Source: Minisyncoccota bacterium (GTDB lineage: Bacteria; Patescibacteriota; Minisyncoccia; Phycocordibacterales; UBA9973). Taken from it: DNA of 64,000 bases. Positions 55,345 through 64,000 of the stretch are shown here, one piece after another; the first letter of the stretch is position 1, and the number at the start of each line of letters is the position of its first letter. The notes beneath the pieces were generated by a model. It had not been told where the DNA came from. It did not search any database and saw only the letters and a program-made list of their open reading frames with translations. A program made the position numbers and the translations under genes. Location of the stretch: positions 19,795-83,794 of the forward strand of contig JBAZXO010000001.1 of NCBI GenBank assembly GCA_041659785.1, written 5' to 3'.

Positions 55345-57867
55345 TTAGTCAAGTAAAGTGGAAAGGAAACTGTGGATAACTTTTTTATCTCTTTTGAGCC
55401 AAGCGATATTGCCCTCTAGTCGTTCAATAATTTGTTCAATTGCGCGCTTGGCACCTGGGGCTTCGTGGTTGGCGAAGAATTTCTTGAAATTTTTTAGATG
55501 TTTTTCCTCGCTACTGCCAGAAATTGCTTTTACGGCTCTACCCAATGTGAGCCCTCCTTCACCATATCGTGATACAAGAGTCTTCCAATTCTTTTGAATA
55601 AAATTCCACCATATATCACGGCCATGTGGGTTAGCTCCGACACCTGAAAGAATGCCCACAGTGTCTTGGATGCGGACATTTTTAGACAATGCAAATTCAC
55701 AAGCCATTTTTAGAATCTTTGGATTAGAAAAATCTCCCAGGGCATTGCCTATGCGATTTTTCTCTTCATGCAGTGTTTCTTTTTTGTATTGTTTTATTAA
55801 TATGTTGTATTCTTTTATTCCACCATGAGTGGCTACTATCGAATATACAGCACCACGGATATCTGGAGATACTTGGTGGTTTTTTTGTATTTGTGAGAAT
55901 TTCTTTCTAGCTTCAGAAATTATTTTCTTGTCTCCAGAGACACCAGCGCGAGAAAGTGCAAGTGAACGAAGAAGTGTGTCTGCATGGGTTTCATTTTCCC
56001 CGCCTTTGGACGGGGCAAGCTTTTTATCCCAGCCGAGACGCAGAGCAACAGGGGAGAATAAATCTAATACAAGTTTATCCAAATTTTCTTTTGCGGGAGT
56101 TTTTGCTATAATCTGTCCTAGTCTAGAGAGGCCTGAAGCAATTTCAACCCAGACGGTATAATTATCTTCATTTTTAAAAGCCTTTAAAAATTCTAATGCA
56201 TCTGTGGTAGGTATTGTACCAGCTTCCGCTAAAGCGAAAAGATCTCGAACGATACCAAGCCTATCTCGAGGGGAGAGTAATTTTTTAGATACTGGTTCTA
56301 TGAGTTTTTCTAAAAGCTCTTTACTATATGCTGTTCTATAAAATCCTGTTTCACAAAAATTAATTTTTAGGTAGGCTTCGCTTGAAACTACTTTTATTGG
56401 CACCTGCCAAATAGTTTTATCTTTTGCTAGAGCTTTAGACTTTGGACTTGCAAAAAACCTTTCTTGAGTTAAGGAAAGTTTATTTTTTACCATACTTGCT
56501 TTGATAACAGGGTAGCCTGGTTTAGATGTCCAATTATGCATCATTTTGGCGACTGATTTTTTAGAAACTTTTTCAAAAGCTCTCCAGAGGTCTAGTGTCT
56601 CTGTATTTTTATAGCTGTGTTTTTTTAAATAATAACGAAGTCCATCACGAAAATCTTTTTCTCCTAGGTAGTCTGCGAGCATTCGGATTATCGATGCTCC
56701 TTTTGAATAAGATACTTCGTCGAATATTTCTCCTATCTCATCTGGATGATGAACTTCCACTTCTATTGGGTGAGTACTCTTGAGTGCGTCGAGCCGCAGA
56801 GCTACACCAAGATCGCTCGTAGAGAATTGTGTCCAAATATCCCATTTTGGGAAAAGTTTATCTACTGCTAGATATTCTATATATGAAGCAAAACCTTCGT
56901 TCAGCCATAAATGTGTCCACCATTCCATCGTTACTAAATTACCGAACCATTGATGCGCTAGTTCATGTGCTACGACGAGTGCTACCCATTGTTTATTTGA
57001 TGAAGAAGAATAATTTTCATCTACCAAGAGTGCACTTTCTCTATAAGTTACGGCACCCCAATTCTCCATTGCACCTGAGGCAAAGTCTGGAATAGCTATC
57101 ATGTCTAGTCCTGGTAATGGGTAAACAATATCAAAATATTTTTCATAAAATTCGAGAGTTTTAACTGCGCATTCGAGAGCAAATTTTGCTTGATGTTTTT
57201 TACCAGGAGTTGTATACACCCGAACTTGTACACCTCTTTTTGTTTTAGATTCTAGGTATTCAAAATCACCAATAATGAATGCTAAAAGGTAAGTGGACAT
57301 TTTAGGCGTAGGGGAAAATTTAACAATTTCATATTGAGCTTCATGTTCCAATACAGATATGGGCAATGTGTTAGAAATAGCAGTTTTTCCTTTTGGAATG
57401 ACGAGAGACACATGGAAAACTGCTTTGTGTGCAGGCTCGTCGAAGCAGGGGAAAGCACGTCGTGCGTCCGTAGCTTCGAATTGTGTTGTCGCCATATGAT
57501 GCGTCTTACCATTTACTTGATATTGACTGCGATAAAAACCACGCATTTTATCATTTAATATTCCCTTAAAAACAAGGTTTAACCTTGTTTTTCTTACAGT
57601 GATTAATTGGGGAAATAAAAAAGTAGCTGTTTCTTGTTTTTTATTGTAAGTAATTTTTGCAAAAATTTTCTCTCCTCCCATCAATACATCTGCCGTATCT
57701 ATCTCAATTTCCTTTGAGTGTAGAGTTAGTGTTTTTGTATTTTTTAAAATTAAGAGATTTATTGTTTCAACACCACTAAAAGTAAAGTTCTCTAAATCTG
57801 GTTTCAGTTGGATATCATATTTTATGGGAGTAACATTTTTTGAAAGACGAACCTCTTTTTTTATCAT
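55345..57867 (-). CDS. pepN: M1-family aminopeptidase (PepN / puromycin-sensitive type)
   Basis: GAMEN, HELAH-x18-E, ERAP1-like C-terminal domain. Confidence 0.93.
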   Translation of the reverse strand: MIKKEVRLSKNVTPIKYDIQLKPDLENFTFSGVETINLLILKNTKTLTLHSKEIEIDTADVLMGGEKIFAKITYNKKQETATFLFPQLITVRKTRLNLVFKGILNDKMRGFYRSQYQVNGKTHHMATTQFEATDARRAFPCFDEPAHKAVFHVSLVIPKGKTAISNTLPISVLEHEAQYEIVKFSPTPKMSTYLLAFIIGDFEYLESKTKRGVQVRVYTTPGKKHQAKFALECAVKTLEFYEKYFDIVYPLPGLDMIAIPDFASGAMENWGAVTYRESALLVDENYSSSSNKQWVALVVAHELAHQWFGNLVTMEWWTHLWLNEGFASYIEYLAVDKLFPKWDIWTQFSTSDLGVALRLDALKSTHPIEVEVHHPDEIGEIFDEVSYSKGASIIRMLADYLGEKDFRDGLRYYLKKHSYKNTETLDLWRAFEKVSKKSVAKMMHNWTSKPGYPVIKASMVKNKLSLTQERFFASPKSKALAKDKTIWQVPIKVVSSEAYLKINFCETGFYRTAYSKELLEKLIEPVSKKLLSPRDRLGIVRDLFALAEAGTIPTTDALEFLKAFKNEDNYTVWVEIASGLSRLGQIIAKTPAKENLDKLVLDLFSPVALRLGWDKKLAPSKGGENETHADTLLRSLALSRAGVSGDKKIISEARKKFSQIQKNHQVSPDIRGAVYSIVATHGGIKEYNILIKQYKKETLHEEKNRIGNALGDFSNPKILKMACEFALSKNVRIQDTVGILSGVGANPHGRDIWWNFIQKNWKTLVSRYGEGGLTLGRAVKAISGSSEEKHLKNFKKFFANHEAPGAKRAIEQIIERLEGNIAWLKRDKKVIHSFLSTLLD

Positions 57868-57886
57868 TTTAATTAATTAAATTTTA

Positions 57887-59107
57887 TTAAACTACTTCTA
57901 CAGGTTCAATGTCTATATGCTCTTTTGGTTTTATATGTTTGTAAGTATTAAATATAAAAATGAAAGTAATAAATAAAATTATTCCCGCTAGTAGAAAAGG
58001 AAAATTATTGCCAATAACATAAACAGTACCTCCTATAATTGGCCCTAGAATCATAGAGAGAGACATCAATGAAGATAGAATACCCATCATTTCGCCTTGC
58101 TCTTTTTTATCTGAGAATCCAATTATTTGGCTATTCATAATAACTCTGAGTGTAGATTGACCAAAGGCAGTGATAATTAATCCAAATAGGAAAGCAAGCT
58201 TAAATGGTATAGCCATTATAAAATAACCCAGAGCAAAAGGAATTAACATCCAGATCATCAAATATGATTCTTTGAAATAATGTAGCCAGACTTTTCGGAT
58301 CATAAAAGCTTGGTTGAATGAAATGATTATCCCAACCAATGCCATGACGAATCCAGAGGCTACTACTGTCCAAGAGAATACCTTCGCGATATATAAAGCA
58401 AAGATTGATTGATTGAGTGATATTGCTATGCCGAAGAATAACCAAGCGAGATAAAGTGGTAGAATATTTTTATTTTTATAAGCTTTGATTATTGGAGAAA
58501 AAGGGTTTAAAGAAATTTTATTTGGGTTTCTGTCATGATGCGTCTCTGGTAAAAAGTAAAAAGCTAATATTGTATTTATCGTAGCCATAACTCCAACAAC
58601 AATGAAAGGCAATTTCATGCTAACACTCGATAGAACTCCTCCGACTAGGGGGCCGATGATGAAAGCTATACCAAAGATTGCACCGATTAATCCTAGATTT
58701 TTTGTTCGTTCTTTTTGATCCTTCGCTATGTCTATAAGATAATTTTGAGCAGTTGAAATATTTCCTGCAGCTGAACCGTCTATTATTCTTCCTAAAAATA
58801 GACCGAAAAGTGTTTTTGAAAAAGTAAAAATTAACCAACCAACAGCTGATGATGCCAAACTTAAGAGCAATACTGGCCTTCTACCTTTTCGGTCAGAAAT
58901 TGCTCCGAGTATTGGTGCACTAAAAAAAGCGCAAAGAGAAAAAACAGCAAAAAGCAGAGTCACTACAATATCTGGAACATTGAATGATTCTACGTAATAC
59001 GGAAGAATAGGCACGATAAGCCCTATCCCTAGTACATCTAAAAATACAGTAGAGAGTATTATGATTTTGGGTGAGAATTTAAACTTATTTTGGATTTTTT
59101 CTTGCAT
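57887..59107 (-). CDS. MFS transporter (TetA/DHA1-like)
   Basis: D-x-LGIG-x-x-x-P, G-x-x-SDR-x-GRRP, G-x-x-x-GP. Confidence 0.9.
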   Translation of the reverse strand: MQEKIQNKFKFSPKIIILSTVFLDVLGIGLIVPILPYYVESFNVPDIVVTLLFAVFSLCAFFSAPILGAISDRKGRRPVLLLSLASSAVGWLIFTFSKTLFGLFLGRIIDGSAAGNISTAQNYLIDIAKDQKERTKNLGLIGAIFGIAFIIGPLVGGVLSSVSMKLPFIVVGVMATINTILAFYFLPETHHDRNPNKISLNPFSPIIKAYKNKNILPLYLAWLFFGIAISLNQSIFALYIAKVFSWTVVASGFVMALVGIIISFNQAFMIRKVWLHYFKESYLMIWMLIPFALGYFIMAIPFKLAFLFGLIITAFGQSTLRVIMNSQIIGFSDKKEQGEMMGILSSLMSLSMILGPIIGGTVYVIGNNFPFLLAGIILFITFIFIFNTYKHIKPKEHIDIEPVEVV

Positions 59108-59152
59108 CTATTCAATCTATCATAAAATATCAAAAAGGTATATAATCCAATG

Positions 59153-59938
59153 ATGGAAAGAGATATTTTCCAAATAAAGACTGCTAGTTTCGAAGGGCCC
59201 TTTGGGCTACTTCTTAGTTTAGTGGAAAAAAGAAAGCTTTTTATAAATGATGTATCTCTCGCTCAGGTTACAGAGGATTATTTAGCATACATAAATAAAT
59301 TAGGCGGGCTACCTCCAGCTGAAATTTCTAGCTTTATCCTAGTAGCCTCTACATTACTTCTCATTAAATCGAAATCATTACTACCCAACCTAGACCTTAC
59401 AAATGAAGAAGAAGGAGATATTCGTAATCTGGAAGAAAGGTTACGTCTATATGAGATGTTTACAAAATTATCTGTAAATATTAAAAGTAATTTTGGAAAG
59501 AAAATAATCTTTGCACCTTTGGAGCGTAAGGGTAGTGTTTTAGTATTTTTGCCAGACGATCAGATTACAAAAGAATCCATGATGACTTTTGCGCAGAATG
59601 TCCTCGGAGCGATGCCGAAAAAAGTATTTTTACCTAAAGTAGAGGTGAAAGTCGTCATCAGTATCGAGGAAATGATAGACAAGTTAACTGAGAGGATAAA
59701 AAATTCACTCAAAATAAATTTTAAAGATTTTCATGGACAAGGTGGTACGACCGCCACACGCGAAGAAAAGATAGTTGTAATTGTGGGATTTCTTGCTATG
59801 CTAGAGCTTGTCAGACAAGGAATGATTGATGCTACGCAGGAGGCTGATTCTGCTGATATTTTTATTGAAAAGACTGAAATTCTAGACGTCGGACATCAAG
59901 ATTCCCAGATGTCCGACGTCTCAGAGATTATAAATTAA
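59153..59938 (+). CDS. scpA: Segregation and condensation protein A
   Basis: FEGP-x-x-LLL, LL-x-IKS-x-x-LLP, FLA-x-LEL. Confidence 0.92.
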   Translation: MERDIFQIKTASFEGPFGLLLSLVEKRKLFINDVSLAQVTEDYLAYINKLGGLPPAEISSFILVASTLLLIKSKSLLPNLDLTNEEEGDIRNLEERLRLYEMFTKLSVNIKSNFGKKIIFAPLERKGSVLVFLPDDQITKESMMTFAQNVLGAMPKKVFLPKVEVKVVISIEEMIDKLTERIKNSLKINFKDFHGQGGTTATREEKIVVIVGFLAMLELVRQGMIDATQEADSADIFIEKTEILDVGHQDSQMSDVSEIIN

Positions 59939-59944
59939 AAAATT

Positions 59945-60502
59945 ATGAATTTAGAAAATAAAATTGAAGCGATACTTTTCTTTAAAGGTGAACCAGTTTC
60001 TTTCAAAAAATTGGAAGATGTTTTAAAAGTTTCAAAAGATGAAATAGTAGAAGCAGTTTCAAGTTTGAAAAATAATCTTGCAAATAGGGGAGTAGTGCTA
60101 CTCCAAAATAATAACGAGCTTACACTCGGCACTGCCCCAGAATTAAGTAAACTCATTGAAGATTTACAAAAAGAAGAATTAAATAAAGACCTCTCAAAAG
60201 CAGCCCTCGAGACACTATCTATCGTACTTTATAAAAATGGTGTGAGCCGTGCAGAGATTGATTATATTCGTGGAGTTAACTCCAGCTTTACCTTGAGAGC
60301 CTTATCTATCCGCGGACTCGTAGAAAAGACTGTGGACCCCAAGGACAATAGACGTTTTATCTATAAACCAAGTTTTGACATGATGTCTTATCTAGGAATA
60401 TCTTCGATAGAAGAATTGCCAGAATATAATGAAATAAATAATTCTATTCAAGTCGCAGCACAGAATCTAGTAGATGAAAATAAAGAGACAGAAGAAAATT
60501 AA
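59945..60502 (+). CDS. scpB: Segregation and condensation protein B
   Basis: IEAILF, LS-x-AALETL, I-x-x-IRGV, ELP. Confidence 0.93.
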   Translation: MNLENKIEAILFFKGEPVSFKKLEDVLKVSKDEIVEAVSSLKNNLANRGVVLLQNNNELTLGTAPELSKLIEDLQKEELNKDLSKAALETLSIVLYKNGVSRAEIDYIRGVNSSFTLRALSIRGLVEKTVDPKDNRRFIYKPSFDMMSYLGISSIEELPEYNEINNSIQVAAQNLVDENKETEEN

Positions 60503-61344
60503 ATACAATCTGGATTTATGCCGAGCACGTAGTCGTTGATTAAATCTTCGCCAGATACATTTTCATCTCCTAGAAAATTATTTATATCTTTTTCTACAAT
60601 TAAATCTTTATATTGTTCAGTAAAAGTTTTTGCAAGTGGCAAATAAGACCAGTGCCATTTTTCTTCATTGTAACCTTTTGGTCGTGCTGTACCCCTTAGG
60701 GTGTAAGGCTGGCAAAATCCGTATGATGGAGCATTTTTATTTAACCACTCATACACATCTTTACCTTTTGGAGTTTTGAAATATTCTGGAGTTGAGTCAT
60801 TTATATCTATATCTCCGCCCCAATGGTGCCTAGACGTTCCAGGCACAGCGCTGTATTCTAATATTTTCTTAAATCTTTCTAACTCGTCGGGAGTATTTTT
60901 AAATAAACTTTTTCCATCAACAAATGTAACTCCAGACCATTTGTTGTTCCAAATGTCTTTTTGATATTCAAAATTTCTAGTTGCTGAAGCTATTTTTAAA
61001 TTTATTTTATCTTTATTTGCGGCTTCTGCCATCTTGATAAAAGCAGAGAGGGCTTCTTTCCTTAAATACATATCACTCAGAGGAACAGTGGAGTATTGTT
61101 TAGGAATTAAGACGAAATCTGCTCTTTGTGTTTGATCAAACTTACCCATTAAGTAATCCTTTTCTTTCTGTATGCCGAGTTCTTTTATCCTTTTAAGTAT
61201 CAAATCTTTTTGTAGTAATCCCTGTGAGCTTGCGTCATAATAAATCGTCTCTTCGAAGTTCAAGATAAATGATGCTATTATTAATATTAATGCAAAAAAG
61301 ATTACGAATATAGGGAATTTATATTTAGAGATTGTCCTATTCAT
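60499..61344 (-). CDS. M15B (VanY-like) D,D-carboxypeptidase
   Basis: S-x-x-R...Q, PGTSRHH-x-G-x-D-x-D, E-x-WH. Confidence 0.88.
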   Translation of the reverse strand: MNRTISKYKFPIFVIFFALILIIASFILNFEETIYYDASSQGLLQKDLILKRIKELGIQKEKDYLMGKFDQTQRADFVLIPKQYSTVPLSDMYLRKEALSAFIKMAEAANKDKINLKIASATRNFEYQKDIWNNKWSGVTFVDGKSLFKNTPDELERFKKILEYSAVPGTSRHHWGGDIDINDSTPEYFKTPKGKDVYEWLNKNAPSYGFCQPYTLRGTARPKGYNEEKWHWSYLPLAKTFTEQYKDLIVEKDINNFLGDENVSGEDLINDYVLGINPDCI

Positions 61345-61403
61345 ATATAAATAATAACATTTTGGGGTGTTTTAATCAAAAAAATTAAGTGCTATAATCT
61401 AGT

Positions 61404-62456
61404 ATGCTTTTAAATTTAGTTAAAATTTCTATACCGACAGCATTTGCCTTTTTTTTGGCTCTTTTGCTCACTCCAGTCGCTACACATTTCTTTTATAAAT
61501 ATAAAATGTGGAAAAAATACTCCAGAAATGAAGATAAAATTACTGAATTTAAAAAGATTCATAATGAACAAGAAGAATTAAGGACTCCGCGCGTGGGAGG
61601 GATAATAGTTTGGTTTTCAATTCTTTTAACGACTTTAATTTTTTATTTAGTTGCAATATTGTTTCCTTCTATCAACACAGAAAAAATAAATTTTTTAAGT
61701 CATAACCAAACTTTGATTCCATTACTGACTCTTCTCCTTGGTTCACTTATTGGGCTCTCGGATGACCTTATTCAAATTTATGGTACCGGTAAAATTGCAC
61801 GCGATGATAAATCTTGGCGTAAGTGGAAAGCATTGCTAGTTACTCTGGTCGCTTTTTTGATTGGTCTTTGGTTTTTCTATAAATTAGGAATGACCGGAAT
61901 TCATATTCCGTTTGGAGGAGAAATCTATGTAGGGATTTTTATTATCCCTATTTTCATGATAGTGGCCTTGGCGACATTTTCTGGGGGAGTAATAGATGGC
62001 ATTGATGGTCTTTCTGGGGGAGTTCTCGCTTCAATATTTGCAGCATATTCTGTCATAGCTCTTGCAAATAATCAGATAGACATAGCTACTTTTTGTGGAG
62101 TTACGACTGGTGCAATTCTTGCTTTTCTCTGGTTCAATATTCCGCCTGCTAGATTTTATATGGGAGAGACTGGCATCATGGGCCTTACTATTATGCTCGC
62201 GACGATTGCTTTCTTAACGGATTCTGTTTTTATTCTGCCAATCGTTGCATTTCCACTCGTCATTTCTTCAGGTTCAGTTATTTTACAACTTCTTTCTAAA
62301 AAGTTTAGAAATGGTAAAAGATTGTTTAAGCTCGCACCTATACATCATCACTTCGAAGCCATAGGTTGGTCATCTTATAAAGTCACGATGCGTTACTGGG
62401 TTCTTTCAATTATCTTTGCAATTATTGGTATTATTTTAGCAATCATTAGTCGGTAA
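61404..62456 (+). CDS. mraY: Phospho-MurNAc-pentapeptide transferase
   Basis: TP-x-x-GG, DD, DGIDGL, FN-x-x-PA-x-x-YMGETG, PIHHHFE. Confidence 0.93.
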   Translation: MLLNLVKISIPTAFAFFLALLLTPVATHFFYKYKMWKKYSRNEDKITEFKKIHNEQEELRTPRVGGIIVWFSILLTTLIFYLVAILFPSINTEKINFLSHNQTLIPLLTLLLGSLIGLSDDLIQIYGTGKIARDDKSWRKWKALLVTLVAFLIGLWFFYKLGMTGIHIPFGGEIYVGIFIIPIFMIVALATFSGGVIDGIDGLSGGVLASIFAAYSVIALANNQIDIATFCGVTTGAILAFLWFNIPPARFYMGETGIMGLTIMLATIAFLTDSVFILPIVAFPLVISSGSVILQLLSKKFRNGKRLFKLAPIHHHFEAIGWSSYKVTMRYWVLSIIFAIIGIILAIISR

Positions 62457-62457
62457 T

Positions 62458-63555
62458 ATGAAGGAAAAAAAAGTAGATAGATTTTTTCTAATAATTGTAC
62501 TTATATTACTTTTTTTTGGTGTTGCTATGTTTGTCTCAGCATCACTTGGGGTCTTGGCGAAGAATCCAGCCATTTTTTATCAAGTGATTTTTAGCCAGTT
62601 AGTCCTCGGCCTCGGCCTCGGCCTCGTTGGTATGTATTTTTGTTTTAAAATTGATTACAAACTTTTACGTAATTATTCCTTTTTAATTTTTGTGGGTTCG
62701 ATACTTTTGACTGCGGCAGTTTTCATACCATTTTTAGGATGGAGTCATGGGGGAGCGGAGAGATGGATACAAATAGGGAGATTCAATTTTCAGCCGGTAG
62801 AATTTTTAAAATTTGGTTTTGTTATTTATTTTGCAGCATGGCTGTCTTGGACAAGAAATAAAGTGCAAGATTTTAGATTTAAAATTTTGCCATTTATGGT
62901 GATGATTGTGGTCATCGCTGTTGTCTTACTCAAACAGCCAGACACAAAAAGTTTTATTTTAATTACAGTCACTGGTGTATCGATGCTTTTTTTATCGAGT
63001 GTTCCTGTTAAATATATTCTAGGCACACTATTGGGAGTGATAATATTACTCGGAACTCTCGTATTTGTTACTCCTTATTTACAACAACGTGTGAAAACTT
63101 TTATTAATCCGAGCGGGGATGCACAAGGCTCTTCTTATCAAATTCAGCAATCACTCATCGCTCTCGGATCTGGCGGAATGTTTGGTAGAGGTTTCGGCCA
63201 AAGTGTACAGAAATTTAGTTATTTGCCAGAACCACAAGGCGACTCTATTTTCGCTGTTTTAGGTGAAGAATTAGGTTTTATCGGTTCAACATTAACGATA
63301 TTTCTTTATATTCTTTTTATCTTACGCGGGTTTCGTATTGCTAGTCGTTCACCGGATTCTTTTAGTGGACTTTTGGTATATGGAATTGTTATACTTATTA
63401 CAGCACAGTCTTTTATGCACATTGCTTCTGTTACTGGAGTCTTTCCGTTGACCGGAGTTCCGCTTGTTTTTATGAGTCAGGGAGGTACTTCACTTATGGT
63501 GTATCTTATGGCAATAGGTATTGTGCTTAATATATCGAGATTTCAGCGGATATGA
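62458..63555 (+). CDS. ftsW: SEDS peptidoglycan polymerase FtsW
   Basis: GA-x-RWI, QP-x-E-x-x-K, QPD, LPE-x-x-x-D-x-IF, P-x-TG-x-PL-x-x-x-S-x-GG. Confidence 0.92.
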   Translation: MKEKKVDRFFLIIVLILLFFGVAMFVSASLGVLAKNPAIFYQVIFSQLVLGLGLGLVGMYFCFKIDYKLLRNYSFLIFVGSILLTAAVFIPFLGWSHGGAERWIQIGRFNFQPVEFLKFGFVIYFAAWLSWTRNKVQDFRFKILPFMVMIVVIAVVLLKQPDTKSFILITVTGVSMLFLSSVPVKYILGTLLGVIILLGTLVFVTPYLQQRVKTFINPSGDAQGSSYQIQQSLIALGSGGMFGRGFGQSVQKFSYLPEPQGDSIFAVLGEELGFIGSTLTIFLYILFILRGFRIASRSPDSFSGLLVYGIVILITAQSFMHIASVTGVFPLTGVPLVFMSQGGTSLMVYLMAIGIVLNISRFQRI

Positions 63556-63674
63556 ATCCCGTTAGAAGCCGCGGTCGCAAAATTACATTTTTATATAATA
63601 TAAATATGCAAAAAATAAATTATAAAATAATTTTAAGTAGTAACGGTCTGACCGCGACCTGCTTCTAACGGGAT
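63556..63674. repeat. MITE-like element filling the ftsW-murG spacer
   Basis: ATCCCGTTAGAAGC ... GCTTCTAACGGGAT perfect 14-bp inverted repeat, plus an inner CGCGGTC/GACCGCG pair. Confidence 0.75.
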
Positions 63675-64000
63675 GAAAATAGTCTTTACAGGTGGTGGAA
63701 CAGGGGGGCATTTTTATCCAATCATAGCTGTCGCCCAAAAAGTTAATCAAATAATAGATCATGAGCACATAATAGGAGCGCAACTCTATTATCTTTCTGA
63801 TAGTCCTTATGATAAAGAATTGCTCGTAGAAAATGGGCTTTTGTATGAGGAGATAGGCGCTGGGAAAATGCGCACACATTTTTCTGTAAATAGTTTTTTC
63901 TTAAATTTTTTAGATATCTTTAAAATTTTTTTTGGTACGATAAATGCAATTTACAAATTGTTTTCAATTTATCCAGATGTTGTTTTTGGTAAAGGAGGCT
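63673..64000 (+). CDS. murG: MurG glycosyltransferase (partial at window edge; absent from the ORF track)
   Basis: MKIVFTGGGTGGHFYP...PDVVFGKGG. Confidence 0.92.
   Translation, partial: MKIVFTGGGTGGHFYPIIAVAQKVNQIIDHEHIIGAQLYYLSDSPYDKELLVENGLLYEEIGAGKMRTHFSVNSFFLNFLDIFKIFFGTINAIYKLFSIYPDVVFGKGG

Noticed and set aside
55371-55379. Perfect DnaA box (TGTGGATAA), with weaker ones near 25118, 49010 and 54643
   Set aside because: Isolated boxes with no cluster, unwinding element or dnaA/dnaN, so no support for oriC
62604-62625. GGCCTC x3 repeat in ftsW
   Set aside because: In-frame hexamer coding GLGLGL in a TM helix; it cannot shift the frame
63583-63879. 98-aa minus-strand ORF, and the many other short antisense ORFs in the track
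   Set aside because: Shadow ORFs opposite well-supported genes (here murG), with no motifs or initiation signals
1-64000. Alternative genetic code (TGA recoding as in Gracilibacteria/Absconditabacteria)
   Set aside because: Conserved genes are full length under code 11, and ftsW ends at TGA in the expected position

Overview
AT-rich, gene-dense bacterial chromosome segment that uses the standard code (TGA is a stop). Gene content points to a Patescibacteria/CPR (Parcubacteria-like) genome; this is an inference. The indicators are a VirB2/TrbC-like pilin array, a minimal IF2 and AlaRS, a non-discriminating AspRS, an FtsA-like + baseplate-J-like gene pair, a PaaX-like regulator and VirD4/TraG-like ATPases. 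Most of the window is housekeeping: 5 tRNAs, rbfA-infB, clpB, typA, mnmA, alaS, the infA-rpmJ-rpsM-rpsK-rpsD-rpoA-rplQ-rplM-rpsI block, grpE/dnaK/dnaJ, cysS, recR, dnaB, trpS, aspS, pepN, scpAB and mraY-ftsW-murG. I saw no CRISPR array, integrase or transposase. Five things stand out. (1) Several families of tiny palindromic or MITE-like elements occur between genes and in frame inside essential proteins, e.g. an identical 22-mer gives KKLAPSKGG in both GrpE and PepN. (2) A lone DUF559 nuclease gene is bracketed by ~38-bp inverted repeats, and free copies of those repeats are scattered across the window, so it is a candidate driver of repeat spread. (3) A conserved 37-nt hairpin element lies in two tRNA 3' trailers, one with a duplicated tRNA 3' end. 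(4) Small ORFan islands share a promoter-boxA-SD-terminator layout, whereas many core genes look leaderless. (5) A poly-G tract sits in the promoter spacer of one of two paralogous adhesin-like genes. Functional calls come from motif recognition by eye; no database searches were run.
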